From Candidatus Parcubacteria bacterium (GTDB lineage: Bacteria; Patescibacteriota; Minisyncoccia; UBA6257; 2-01-FULL-56-20): DNA of 64,000 bases. Under the pieces are notes generated by a model. It saw only the letters and a program-made list of their open reading frames with translations. It was not told where the DNA came from and searched no databases. The stretch lies in contig QZIV01000007.1 in the NCBI GenBank assembly GCA_003599135.1, positions 3,944-67,943 of the forward strand. Direction: 5' to 3'. The translations under genes were made by a program, and so were the position numbers. Below, one piece after another: positions 46,962 to 56,657 of the stretch. The stretch's first letter is position 1. Each line of letters starts with the position of its first letter.

Positions 46962-47688
46962 AATTACTCAAGCAGTGCTTCTCTCTGCGGGCCTTGGCAC
47001 GCGCTTGAGGCCTCTCACCGACACGGTTCCCAAAGTGATGGTGCCTTTGGCCGGAAAGCCCCTCCTTCTGCACCACATGGATCAGCTGAAGCGCTTCGGC
47101 GTGAACGAGTTTTTCATAAATTTGTTCTACTTACCCGATGTTATCACAAGCTACTTCGGTGACGGATCAAAGTTCGGGTTTAAGGTCCACTACTTCCTTG
47201 AAAAACCTGAGATTTTAGGAACCGCTGGCGGAGTCAAGAACTTTGAGGAACTCCTGGGCGACAACTTCCTCGTTCTTTACGGGGATACGTTCTATGAAAT
47301 TGATTATGGACGACTCTTCGAGTTTTATTTGTCTCACCCCGACGCATTTGGGATGGGAACGGCTCGGAAGACCGATCATCCGTGGGATTCCGATCTCGGT
47401 GTTTTGGGCGACGACGGAAAAGTTCTGAAGTTTCTTATTAAGCCGCACAAGGAGCTCCCCGAGAACTACTGGGGGATGTCCGCGCCGTATGTGTTCGAAA
47501 AGAAAGTACTGGAGTATGTTCCGGCTGGGGCGTATTACGAAATTGCCCACAACCTCGTGCCGGATCTTCTGGCTCGTGGGTACCATTACTACGCGTATAC
47601 GCTCCGAGAGGGCGAATTCCGAAAAGACATTGGCACGATAGAGCGATACAGGGAAGTTGAAGAATATTTAGAACGGAAACGGGGCTGA
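46951..47688 (+). CDS. hddC: Sugar-1-phosphate guanylyltransferase (HddC-like)
   Basis: SAGLGTRLRPLT...PKVM, LGTAGG, YGD, DIGT; follows hddA-gmhA-gmhB. Confidence 0.78.
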   Translation: MQNKITQAVLLSAGLGTRLRPLTDTVPKVMVPLAGKPLLLHHMDQLKRFGVNEFFINLFYLPDVITSYFGDGSKFGFKVHYFLEKPEILGTAGGVKNFEELLGDNFLVLYGDTFYEIDYGRLFEFYLSHPDAFGMGTARKTDHPWDSDLGVLGDDGKVLKFLIKPHKELPENYWGMSAPYVFEKKVLEYVPAGAYYEIAHNLVPDLLARGYHYYAYTLREGEFRKDIGTIERYREVEEYLERKRG

Positions 47689-47691
47689 CGC

Positions 47692-48414
47692 TTATGCGTG
47701 AGCCCCGTGTTGATTGTTGAGGTTTTGGATCAGTGCGCGAATATTGATTTCGCGCCAATCAGTGAAAACTCTTTTTGCACCCGCCTGGAGGAGAGGAACG
47801 ACGGTTTCATACCGATTGAGAACTGGTATGCCGATCGCCCTTGATCCGGCCCTGATGGCTGCGGTGACGCCGCGCGGAGAGTCCTCGAAGACTAGCTGAT
47901 GTTCTGGTGGAATGTCCATTCGCCGTGCCGTTTCCAAGAATACATCCGGCGCTGGTTTTACTTCCTTCACGGCTTCCCGGAGTACGATGGTGCCGCGTTG
48001 GAAGTGGTTGATCAAACCGGATTGCTCAAGAAGAAACATAGCTTCTTCCGTCCGAGTGAGCGACCCGATCGCAAAGGGGAGACAGAGTATCCGTAGTTCG
48101 GTGAGAACATCGAGAAGACCTGGACGAGGCTCGATCTTGGTGGTGTTGAGAATTAACTTGTAGTGAAATTTGTCTCGTTCGAGGAATTGGCGGCAGAACT
48201 CTTCTTCCGGTACGAGTTTGTCGCTCAAGGCCCAGATGTCCCGAGCCACTGCTTCGTCGGGTCCACCGATGAAGTGCAGAACGCTCGTGAGCGCGGATTC
48301 GATTGTGAGCGACACGCCGAGTTCCTTTGCTGACAAGATATGCCCTTCGAAATGAGCCCGCTCCACATCGACGACTGGCCCCTCGAGATCAAAAGCGACA
48401 CCGAGGATCTTCAA
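47692..48414 (-). CDS. HAD-superfamily phosphatase (beta-PGM/CbbY-like)
   Basis: FDLEG motif I, KPAPDVF, VFEDSPRGVTAA; TTG start with GGAGG. Confidence 0.88.
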   Translation of the reverse strand: MKILGVAFDLEGPVVDVERAHFEGHILSAKELGVSLTIESALTSVLHFIGGPDEAVARDIWALSDKLVPEEEFCRQFLERDKFHYKLILNTTKIEPRPGLLDVLTELRILCLPFAIGSLTRTEEAMFLLEQSGLINHFQRGTIVLREAVKEVKPAPDVFLETARRMDIPPEHQLVFEDSPRGVTAAIRAGSRAIGIPVLNRYETVVPLLQAGAKRVFTDWREINIRALIQNLNNQHGAHA

Positions 48415-48426
48415 GTAACACCTCCT

Positions 48427-48846
48427 TCAGAGAAGAAACTTTAAGCCGATGGCGACAATGATCGCCCCGATGATTTTCTTCTGTGGGAAAGGTTCTCCAA
48501 ACAGCCAGGCCGACCCCACAGCTGTTGAAAGCAATTGGACCGAAAGGACGAGGAAAACCAGGCGTCCCAGGTCGGTTTTCTCGGAGATTATCTTTGTGAA
48601 AGCAAGAGTGCCGAAACCGTTGACGAGCCCAGCAGCGAGTGGAATGAGGAGAAGCTGCCATCGGATCCCGGTCGTGTGGTGCGTAGTTTCGGGAATCATC
48701 GTCACGAAGGCCACCCCCGCCGTTGTGATGGAGAGAAGAAATGCCCTCATCGGCGGCGTGAGTTCGCTCGCTTTCATGATCACCGGCCAGGCTCCGAAAC
48801 AGAGCCCGGCGAAAATGCAGGACAAGTACAACCAGTGTGTTTTCAA
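48427..48846 (-). CDS. Small DMT/EamA-like membrane transporter
   Basis: About 5 TMs, LFGEPF..KKIIG C-terminal DMT signature; TTG start with GGAGG. Confidence 0.75.
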   Translation of the reverse strand: MKTHWLYLSCIFAGLCFGAWPVIMKASELTPPMRAFLLSITTAGVAFVTMIPETTHHTTGIRWQLLLIPLAAGLVNGFGTLAFTKIISEKTDLGRLVFLVLSVQLLSTAVGSAWLFGEPFPQKKIIGAIIVAIGLKFLL

Positions 48847-48882
48847 TTCATGCCTCCAGAGTGAGACTTTGATGCCGTTTTA

Positions 48883-48911
48883 ACTGTATAATCTTTTAAC
48901 TTTTTTGTCAA
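48883..48911 (-). promoter_or_regulatory. sigma70 promoter of DMT-HAD operon
   Basis: Minus strand TTGACA (48911-48906), 17 nt spacer, TACAGT (48888-48883). Confidence 0.7.
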
Positions 48912-48917
48912 TAAGTA

Positions 48918-48960
48918 GAAACGAAAACGCCGCAGGTGTAAAACTTTTTTCCTGCGGCGT
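48918..48960 (-). terminator. Minus-strand intrinsic terminator-like hairpin
   Basis: ACGCCGCAGG/CCTGCGGCGT 10-bp stem (48927-48960), followed by TTTCGTTT on the minus strand. Confidence 0.55.
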
Positions 48961-49036
48961 GCTGTGACGCTCACGATACGGTAATGAATTCGGAGTGATT
49001 TGTCAAACGAAACCGCTGTCTGCTATTTTTATACCC

Positions 49037-49867
49037 ATGACCGGAAAACCGAAAGTTTCTGTTCTTCTTGCGACTTGGAATCGCGCCGGGATGATTTCGC
49101 GCACGATTGAGAGCGTGCGGAATCAGGCGTTCAAGGATTGGGAGCTCGTGATTACGGACGACGGCTCGACCGATGATACGCCGAGTGTTGCGAGGGATTG
49201 GCAGAAAAAAGAGCCGAGGATCGTCTACGTACGAAGTGAGGTAAACCAGGGTATCTCGAAAAACTACAACCAAGGATTCCGCGCGGCGAAGGGGGAGTAT
49301 GTTGCGATGATTGACGACGACGATCCGTGGATTACCCCGGAGAAGCTTGCGAAACAAGTCAGATTTCTCGACGAGCACCCCGACTACGTCGGTTGCGGCG
49401 GAGGGGTAATCGTTGTCGATGACAAAGGAAAAAACATGTACCGATATTTCAAACCCGAAACCGATCGAGAAATCAGAAAGTACATGCTTTTTTCAAACCC
49501 GATGGCGAACTCGACGACGATGTTCCGCTTCGACGTCGCGAAAAAAATCGGTCTCTACGACGAGTCAAACCGCTACGCCGGCGACCGTGATTTTTGGATG
49601 AAGATGGGACTCGAGGGGAAGCTCTATAACTTCCAAGAATATTTCTCCCATTACACGATGGGAGACCAGAACACCTCGATCCTCCGCATGCGCCCGCATC
49701 TCAAGTCATCGCTCACCTTTATGAAGCGTTATCGAGACAAGTATCCGTATTATCCTCTGGCGCTCGTCTTCAACACCGTGCAGTACTGGTACTCGTTTCT
49801 TCCCTTGGCGGTGAAACGCCCTATCCACGCACTGTTGGCTCGCTTGAAACGTCTCGTCGTAAAATAA
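49037..49867 (+). CDS. Glycosyltransferase family 2
   Basis: VSVLLATWNR, DDGSTD, IDDDD, GDRDFW; TTGTCA-17-TATTTT promoter 7 nt before ATG. Confidence 0.92.
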   Translation: MTGKPKVSVLLATWNRAGMISRTIESVRNQAFKDWELVITDDGSTDDTPSVARDWQKKEPRIVYVRSEVNQGISKNYNQGFRAAKGEYVAMIDDDDPWITPEKLAKQVRFLDEHPDYVGCGGGVIVVDDKGKNMYRYFKPETDREIRKYMLFSNPMANSTTMFRFDVAKKIGLYDESNRYAGDRDFWMKMGLEGKLYNFQEYFSHYTMGDQNTSILRMRPHLKSSLTFMKRYRDKYPYYPLALVFNTVQYWYSFLPLAVKRPIHALLARLKRLVVK

Positions 49868-51311
49868 GGAACAGTTCGCGAAGCAGGGGATCCCGAAGTT
49901 TGAGGAGTAACGAGAGATATGCGATAGCTGCAATCGCCACGATTGCTACGAAGTGCAGGTGAAGCGCGGCGAAAAGTGCCGTGAGGATTCCCACGCCGAG
50001 AGTCGCGAACACCGCGATTTTAAGGTGAGGGAGTACCTCGAATTGGATCAAGCTTCGCGCGGTATGCCATAGATACACGTTGCTTACGAACTGGGCGATA
50101 AGTGTAGCAACGGAGGACCCCGCGATGCCGAAGCGGGGGATGAGGAGAAAGTCCAGGAGAACATTCAGTCCGCCACCGATCGCGGCATACACGATAAGGT
50201 TCTTCTGGCGGTCGTAGGCCACAAGAGCGGAGCTTAATATCACGGCAGGAAAATCAATGAGGATGGTAAGAAGAAGTACTTGGAACGCAATCGTCCCCGG
50301 TGAGAAACTCTCGCCGAAAAGGCCTGCCATAATCGGTTGTCCCAGAATAATTCCCCCGACTGCGGCAGGTAACGCGATTATGAATACGAGACTCACAACT
50401 CGCTCAAGCGCTTCGCGCATTTTGATAGGATCTTTCACGGCGAGGCGCGCGAATGCGGGCAAGGCGCTTGCCGCAACGATACTTGGGATGATGTAGAGAA
50501 GCTGAATGATGCGGTTCGCAGCGGAATAAATACCGACATCCGTTGCGGATTTGAGCCAGCCGATGACGAGTATGTCGGTGTTGATCATAAACATTCCAAG
50601 AAGGCTCGAGATAGCGAACGGCCAACAGGCGCCGAGTATCGGTTTGATGAGGGATGGGTTGAAGTAGGTAAAGACTTTTTTAAAACTGTCGCGGAGAGCG
50701 TAGAACGTTGCCATCATTCCAATTCCGGTTCCTATCGCATACGCGTATGAGAACGACTCTACGGTCCGAGAAAATTGGAGGAACGCAAGGCCGAACGCGA
50801 CAATCCCGAGGTTCGTGAGGAAATACAGGCCCGCCTCCCGCTCCATCTTCTCTGTTGCCTGGATAATTGAGAATCCGAACTGACGAAGTGTGTCGAAGAC
50901 GAGAATGGCGGCAACAATCGGAAAGATCGTTTTTGCCGCAGAGAGCGTGGTAAATCGGGGGACTATAAAGAGCACGATTGCAACCCCGATGACTAGAAGA
51001 CCTAGTTTTAGGAAAAACGAGGTCGAAGTGATTTCAAGGCGCCGCTGTTTTTCGGGAGTTCGCGCTGCTTCCCGGATGAGAATTGCGTTGATGCCGAAGT
51101 CGATAAAGAGCGTGAGTACCGCCACGATGGTTATCGCGTACGAAAATATTCCCCACTGTTCGGCGCCGAGCACTCTTGCGGCATAGATAATAACAATGGC
51201 GCGAAGGAGCCTTCCCCCGACGTTTGAGACCGTGAGCCAAAACGTGTTTTTCGCAACCGTCTGTCGAGTCGTCCGGTTTGTGAGAAGAAATTCCTTTATT
51301 TTCTTAAACAT
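49821..51311 (-). CDS. wzx: Wzx-type polysaccharide flippase
   Basis: VAKNTFWL, ARVLGAEQWG, DFGI, DVGIYSAA, LIPRFGIAG; about 14 TMs; ATG 51311 chosen. Confidence 0.9.
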   Translation of the reverse strand: MFKKIKEFLLTNRTTRQTVAKNTFWLTVSNVGGRLLRAIVIIYAARVLGAEQWGIFSYAITIVAVLTLFIDFGINAILIREAARTPEKQRRLEITSTSFFLKLGLLVIGVAIVLFIVPRFTTLSAAKTIFPIVAAILVFDTLRQFGFSIIQATEKMEREAGLYFLTNLGIVAFGLAFLQFSRTVESFSYAYAIGTGIGMMATFYALRDSFKKVFTYFNPSLIKPILGACWPFAISSLLGMFMINTDILVIGWLKSATDVGIYSAANRIIQLLYIIPSIVAASALPAFARLAVKDPIKMREALERVVSLVFIIALPAAVGGIILGQPIMAGLFGESFSPGTIAFQVLLLTILIDFPAVILSSALVAYDRQKNLIVYAAIGGGLNVLLDFLLIPRFGIAGSSVATLIAQFVSNVYLWHTARSLIQFEVLPHLKIAVFATLGVGILTALFAALHLHFVAIVAIAAIAYLSLLLKLRDPLLRELFLILRRDVSSEPTVRG

Positions 51312-51365
51312 TCGTTTTATCATATCAGTACCTCGTACGATGTGTAAAATGTTCGCTATCACAGC

Positions 51366-51863
51366 ATGAGAACAAAAAGGGATTTCAAAAAGAAAAGGAA
51401 AAAAGTTGTTGTCGCGGTAAGCGGCGGGTTCGATCCTATTCACGTGGGGCATGTGCGCCTCTTTGAGGCAGCGAAGCGTCTCGGAGACATTCTCGTTGTG
51501 ATTTTGAATAACGACAACTGGCTTAGGAAGAAAAAGAGTCACGTTTTTATGCCGCAAGAAGAGCGGAAGGAGATCATCGAGGGCCTTCGGGCAGTTGACG
51601 GGGTAGTCCTCACGGCTCACCGGCCCAATCCGGCCGATATGAGCGTTTGCCGCGAGCTTCGGAAAATCAAACCGGACGTTTTTGCGCAGGGGGGCGATCG
51701 GAACACGGCTAACATCCCGCCCTGCGAGGTTGAGCTCCAGAGAGATCTCGGATTCCGGATAGTTGAGAACGTCGGCCGAGGAGGAAAGGTTCAGTCAAGC
51801 TCCTGGCTTCTCAGAAAGTATTCCGAGACCGTTTCGAAACGGCGTTCGTCCGGGAAGGCCTAA
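51366..51863 (+). CDS. Cytidylyltransferase-family protein (TagD/RfaE-II/RibL-like)
   Basis: SGGFDPIHVGH, KPDVFAQGGDR, KVQSSSWL. Confidence 0.88.
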   Translation: MRTKRDFKKKRKKVVVAVSGGFDPIHVGHVRLFEAAKRLGDILVVILNNDNWLRKKKSHVFMPQEERKEIIEGLRAVDGVVLTAHRPNPADMSVCRELRKIKPDVFAQGGDRNTANIPPCEVELQRDLGFRIVENVGRGGKVQSSSWLLRKYSETVSKRRSSGKA

Positions 51864-51865
51864 CC

Positions 51866-52768
51866 TTACCGGGTTATCGCCTCGAGAATTCCTTTACTGA
51901 GACTGACTTTTGGGATCCAACCTAAAGCTTTTCGAGCTCGATTGGCATCAAGCGTTATGTGTTCGACTTCTCCCTCTCGTCGTGGAGCGTAAACGGGAGA
52001 TTGCTTGAACCCTAGGTTTTTTGCGACTTCTTCAAATACCTCCTGATCGCTCGTGTTTTTTCCCGAACCGATGTTATAAATTTCTCTGTTGCCTTTTGAG
52101 AGAGCCTTGAGAGTTGCGCGTGCGACGTCACTTACGTGCACATAATCTCGCGTTTTACTTCCATCCCCGAAAATGGTCGGGCGTTTCTCTCTCCGCATAA
52201 GGCTGGCGAACACCGACACGACCCCCGCTTTCTGCCTCGATCCATATACGTTTGCGTAGCGAAGGATCGTATAGTCGAGCTTATCGACTGTTCCGTGAAA
52301 TCGTACGGCTTCTTCTCCCATGAGTTTTGAAAGGGCGTAAGGGGAAAGCGGGTTGGGAGCAGCATTTTCTTTTACGGGTAGGAGTTTTGGATTCCCGTAA
52401 ATGGAGCCACCGCTCGAGGCGAAGATAATTTTTTTCCGTTTTTCTTTGGACTCTCTGAACGCCACGAGGACGTTTATAGTTCCCAGAACGTTGACGTTGA
52501 ACGTGGGGATCGGATTTCGCATGGATTCGGCTACGTGAACGAGCGCCGCATAATGGCTTACAACGCGGGGACGTTCTTTCTTAAAAATCTTTTTGATGGC
52601 CGTAAGACTTCGGACATCCGCCCGGTAAAACTTCGCTCGAGGATCGAGATTTTTGCGGGAGCCCGTGGAGAGATTGTCGACGACAACAACGCGGTGACCT
52701 GCTCGGAGATAGGCGTCGACAACATGGGAACCGATGAATCCTGCTCCCCCTGTTACTAAAATTTTCAC
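51866..52768 (-). CDS. galE: UDP-glucose 4-epimerase family SDR
   Basis: TGGAGFIGSHVVD, DNLSTG, ASSGGSIYG, YALSK, RYANVYG, TRDYVHV. Confidence 0.75.
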   Translation of the reverse strand: MKILVTGGAGFIGSHVVDAYLRAGHRVVVVDNLSTGSRKNLDPRAKFYRADVRSLTAIKKIFKKERPRVVSHYAALVHVAESMRNPIPTFNVNVLGTINVLVAFRESKEKRKKIIFASSGGSIYGNPKLLPVKENAAPNPLSPYALSKLMGEEAVRFHGTVDKLDYTILRYANVYGSRQKAGVVSVFASLMRREKRPTIFGDGSKTRDYVHVSDVARATLKALSKGNREIYNIGSGKNTSDQEVFEEVAKNLGFKQSPVYAPRREGEVEHITLDANRARKALGWIPKVSLSKGILEAITR

Positions 52769-54102
52769 GTTTGATTCACGAAAAACGACTTGAGTGTTTT
52801 GAGAAAAATAGAGATATCGAGTACGACGGAACGGTTTTTTAAGTAATAAATGTCGTGCTGGAGTTTTTCGTACGCATCTTCAACCGATGCTCCGTAGCGA
52901 TAGTTGATTTGAGCCCATCCAGTCACCCCTGGCTTTACGAGATGGCGGATGTCGTAGTAGGGGATTTTCTCTTCGAGGAGTTTTACGAACTCCGGGCGTT
53001 CCGGCCTCGGACCCACAAAAGAAAGCTCATTCTTTATTATGTTAATCAATTGCGGGAGTTCATCGAGGTGGGTGTAGCGCAAGAATCGCCCGAAAGGAGT
53101 TGCTCGCGCGTCATTTGGATCGGCCCATTGAGCCCCGTTTTTTTCGGCATTCATATCCATGGTCCGGAATTTGTAGAGCATGAAACTCCGCCCGCCTCTC
53201 CCGACACGTTCTTGTTTGTAAACTGCCGGCCCGGGGGAAGCGATTTTGACTCCGAGCGCGATGAGAATTTCGAGAGGGAGGAGAGCGATGAAGAGAAAGA
53301 AGGCGATGACGAATTCCAGAGCTCGCTTGAGTTGGTCATAAAACTTTTGCTGTCCGACGAGGTTTTCGAGAAACCACGCTTCCTCAAGGTCGGCGAGGGG
53401 GATTTTTCTAAACACGACTTCGTAGAAATTCGGGAGATCTCGGGCTTCCACTCCGTGGCTCAAGAGTCCATAGAGAGCGCCGGTGAGCCGAGTATCTTTC
53501 TTAAGGTGTCTCGGTATGACGATGAGGTTGATGCCGTGTTCTTTGACGAGTGCGTGAAGATTTGCTTTCCGGGTGTTCGCCGAGTCCTCCTTGAGCCACG
53601 CTTTTATTTCATAGCCAAGCTGGGGATTGAGATTCACGGCGCGCACAACCTCTTCGGCAGTAGGGCCGTTTCCGATGAGAAGGACTTTGTTCGGCGGCTC
53701 GCTCGATCCGATATGTGAATTGAAAAATCGCCGCCATAGGGTTTCGATGACCGCGAAGATGATGATGAAGAGAAACAAGTTTCTCCGAGGGGCGATTCCG
53801 AAGGTCGGGATGAGGTAAAAGAGCGTAATAGTGAGTAAGCCGTTCGTAAAGAGCGCAAGCCACAGCGTTTTTATAAAGTCGATGCCGTTGCGGAGACGCC
53901 GGAGATCGTAAAGGCCGGCAACATAGAAGACAACGACCCAGATGCCGAAAATGACGGTGAACGGCGTTGCATGTGTTTCCGTGAATCCGCGGTACGCATC
54001 GTCTCCGTACCGGATAAATAGGGCGGCAAAAAGAGAGAGATACAACGCCGCAACGTCTCCAGTGAAAAGCACAAGCAACCTTATTTTACTTTGATGCTGC
54101 AT
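52765..54102 (-). CDS. Polyprenyl-phosphate glycosyl-1-phosphate transferase (WcaJ/WbaP-like initiating enzyme)
   Basis: N-terminal TMs; YKFRTM, HLDELPQL, VGPRPE, KPGVTGWAQIN. Confidence 0.93.
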   Translation of the reverse strand: MQHQSKIRLLVLFTGDVAALYLSLFAALFIRYGDDAYRGFTETHATPFTVIFGIWVVVFYVAGLYDLRRLRNGIDFIKTLWLALFTNGLLTITLFYLIPTFGIAPRRNLFLFIIIFAVIETLWRRFFNSHIGSSEPPNKVLLIGNGPTAEEVVRAVNLNPQLGYEIKAWLKEDSANTRKANLHALVKEHGINLIVIPRHLKKDTRLTGALYGLLSHGVEARDLPNFYEVVFRKIPLADLEEAWFLENLVGQQKFYDQLKRALEFVIAFFLFIALLPLEILIALGVKIASPGPAVYKQERVGRGGRSFMLYKFRTMDMNAEKNGAQWADPNDARATPFGRFLRYTHLDELPQLINIIKNELSFVGPRPERPEFVKLLEEKIPYYDIRHLVKPGVTGWAQINYRYGASVEDAYEKLQHDIYYLKNRSVVLDISIFLKTLKSFFVNQT

Positions 54103-55270
54103 TTCCGGTTTTGTATTTTTTCAATCCTATCGTGCTTTCATAAAAAGACAAGAGTTGGTTAGTGGTGTTCTCTATAGAGTACTCCCGCGCCTTCTCAAGT
54201 GCCTCGAGGTGTTTCTTCTGCCGCAACCGATCGCTTCCGAGAAGTTCGCTTACGCTATGAACGAACGACTCCGTGTTATTTACCATAACTCCTCCGCGGT
54301 TTTTACCGAGCACGTCTTCTACTCCCATTCCCTGTAAGGCGACGACAGGCAAGCCCATCGCCATCGCTTCGAGTATAACAAGGCCCTGTGTTTCTGTAAG
54401 CGACCCGAAGACGAAGATGGAAGCCGCCTTGTAAATCGCAAGAAGTTTTGCTTGGTGTAAAAACCCAAGAAAGATGACGTCCCGACCGATACCGAGTTTT
54501 TGAGTTTTGCTTTCGAGGCGGCCGCGTTCCGGTCCGTCTCCCGCGATGAGGAGTTTTACCGAAGAATGTTTTTTTCGGAGAACGGCAAAGGACTCAATAA
54601 TAAAATCTAGATTCTTTTCTTTGCCAAGTCTGCCTGTGGTTATGAGGAACGGTGCGCCTGGGGCAATCCCGAAGGCTTTTAAAATCGATTCTGGATCTTC
54701 TTGCGCCGCGAGCGCGCGTATCTTTTCCGTACTTACGCCAGTTGGGATTACGGCAATTGGAGTCGCGATACCGTAGCCCTCCAATTTTTCTTTCATTCCG
54801 TGAGACGGGACGACGACGCCGTCATGTTTCGGAACGAACTTTCGCGTTCCCCATATGACGAGTTTCTTGAGTAATTGGGCAGGAAGAAAGGGGACATAGT
54901 GAACGTACTCTTCGAAGAACGTGTGATAGGTATGCACCAGAGGTATGTGGAACTTTTTCCCGACGTGGATGCCCCACAAGCCGAGCGTGGAAGGCGTCTG
55001 GGTATGGATGATGTCGAGTGAAAGCTCAGGGATCATCGCCGTCGAGAAAAAGGGGAGAACCAATCTTGTCTGCTTATCGAAACCGAAGCGGACGGAGGGG
55101 AACTGCCAGATGCCCTCCGAGGGGTTGTGAGTGGAATGAATACTGTGGTTTGGAGCGAAAATAGAGACGAGATGACCTCTTCTTCGGAATTCCGAAGCGA
55201 ATGAGGTGAGAGAAGTGACGACGCCGTTTATCTCGGGCGTGTAGGTATCCGTGAAAATCCCGATATTCAT
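54086..55270 (-). CDS. GT4 glycosyltransferase, 1,2-diacylglycerol 3-alpha-glucosyltransferase (MGS/UGDG)-like
   Basis: IGIFTDTYTPEINGVVTS, HTYHTFFEEYVHY, GRLGKEKN, TETQGLVILEAMAMG. Confidence 0.85.
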   Translation of the reverse strand: MNIGIFTDTYTPEINGVVTSLTSFASEFRRRGHLVSIFAPNHSIHSTHNPSEGIWQFPSVRFGFDKQTRLVLPFFSTAMIPELSLDIIHTQTPSTLGLWGIHVGKKFHIPLVHTYHTFFEEYVHYVPFLPAQLLKKLVIWGTRKFVPKHDGVVVPSHGMKEKLEGYGIATPIAVIPTGVSTEKIRALAAQEDPESILKAFGIAPGAPFLITTGRLGKEKNLDFIIESFAVLRKKHSSVKLLIAGDGPERGRLESKTQKLGIGRDVIFLGFLHQAKLLAIYKAASIFVFGSLTETQGLVILEAMAMGLPVVALQGMGVEDVLGKNRGGVMVNNTESFVHSVSELLGSDRLRQKKHLEALEKAREYSIENTTNQLLSFYESTIGLKKYKTGNAASK

Positions 55271-55989
55271 CTCACGACTCTCCACTTTTTAAACGGCGAC
55301 TTGCCGAAAATGAAAACACAGACCCCGCTTACAATCCACTGGAACAGTAATTTCATCCAGCCGGTTGCGCGGGCTCTTCTTCCGCTATGCAAAACACAGA
55401 GAGACGTCTCGACGAGTGTCCGCCCGATTCGCGAGAGTCTATAGAAAAGATCGTTATCCTCCCCCGTTACCAAATCTTCGCGGTATCCGCGGACATTCTT
55501 GAACGCGGCGGCTCGTACGGCCTGGAACTCGCCTGAAGCGTTCCCGACGCGGAGCACGTTGTTCGAGAATACATAGAGTCCGTTTAAGAGTCCGAAAATG
55601 ATTTTGTCTCCGAAGGTTTCAGCTTCTGGGCGTACGCGTATCGGTACTGTAAGCGCCGCTAGTCGTTGGTTAGACTGGAACATTTCCGCTAACTTGCGGA
55701 AAAACTTTTCTGTATCCGGAATCTCAACGTCCGCGTCTATAAATACCAAGAGGTCGCCGCGAGCCTCCGCGGCTCCAAGATTTTTTCCGCGAGCGATATT
55801 CTTTTTTTCCGGCTCCGGGTCAACGACGATCCGGTCCGCGAAGGGTTTTGCCAGTTCGACCGTCTTATCAGAACTTTTTCCGTCGGACACGATGATCTCG
55901 TGCCCGAGTTTTCGGAGCGGCTGGAGACGCCGAAGTGTCTCTTCGATGACCTTTTCTTCGTTCAGGGTGGGAACAATGATCGAGATCAT
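55267..55989 (-). CDS. Glycosyltransferase family 2
   Basis: IVPTLNEE, DGKSSD, FIDAD, GEDNDL, SGRR. Confidence 0.9.
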   Translation of the reverse strand: MISIIVPTLNEEKVIEETLRRLQPLRKLGHEIIVSDGKSSDKTVELAKPFADRIVVDPEPEKKNIARGKNLGAAEARGDLLVFIDADVEIPDTEKFFRKLAEMFQSNQRLAALTVPIRVRPEAETFGDKIIFGLLNGLYVFSNNVLRVGNASGEFQAVRAAAFKNVRGYREDLVTGEDNDLFYRLSRIGRTLVETSLCVLHSGRRARATGWMKLLFQWIVSGVCVFIFGKSPFKKWRVVR

Positions 55990-56582
55990 AGTCTTCGCTC
56001 CAAATCTTTTTTCTTGAGGTATCGGCTTATTCCCCAGAATGCTGCGGCGACAATGATAACGAAGGCGATAAGCGATGCAGTCTGCAGTCCCTCGTTGATC
56101 ACGAGATAAAGATTCCCGAAGGAGTACCCTATAAACATAAGAAAGCCGGTCCAGAAAAACTGCCCAACCGCGTTGAAAGCGAGATATTTTTTAAAAGGGA
56201 CCTTCGCTATTCCCGCGGTGATAAGAATGACAAGCGCGAATCCGAGCCCCATCGTGATTTTGGAGAGAAAAAGGATTTTATTTTGATGCTTGTGAAACGC
56301 AGCCTCTGTTTTTAAAACGAGCTCCTCGGTGATGTTGAAATAGCGGCCGTATTTTTTGACAAGGGGGTGGGCGCCGAAGTACCCCACAGCGTACCAGATG
56401 GCGTCGGCGGCAAGATCACCTGCCATAAGAGTAAGGTAGAGGGGCCAGAACTCGAAGTGACCGAGTTTCAAGAAAAATCCGGAGATGGTCATAATCACCG
56501 GCCCCTCGACGATAGCAAGGACAAACGTGAGAACATATTTGTACGGCAAGAGCCACAGAAGGAAAGAAGGAGCCCCGATCAT
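55986..56582 (-). CDS. DedA-family membrane protein
   Basis: EGP, GDLAADAIWYAVG, LFLSK, AGIAKVPFKKY; start uncertain (56582-56606). Confidence 0.85.
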   Translation of the reverse strand: MIGAPSFLLWLLPYKYVLTFVLAIVEGPVIMTISGFFLKLGHFEFWPLYLTLMAGDLAADAIWYAVGYFGAHPLVKKYGRYFNITEELVLKTEAAFHKHQNKILFLSKITMGLGFALVILITAGIAKVPFKKYLAFNAVGQFFWTGFLMFIGYSFGNLYLVINEGLQTASLIAFVIIVAAAFWGISRYLKKKDLERRL

Positions 56583-56657
56583 GAATGCCCTCATTATACC
56601 CGACATTCTCCCTCATTTGACAGGCCGAACATTCTTTTGATACGCTTGTAGGAATTT

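Noticed and set aside
51312-51620. Long N-terminal extensions in the ORF track (wzx from 51620, Gfo fusion from 23340, CgeB GT from 39725)
   Set aside because: They overlap neighbouring genes or promoters; downstream ATGs fit the family N-termini and -10 spacing or stop/start coupling
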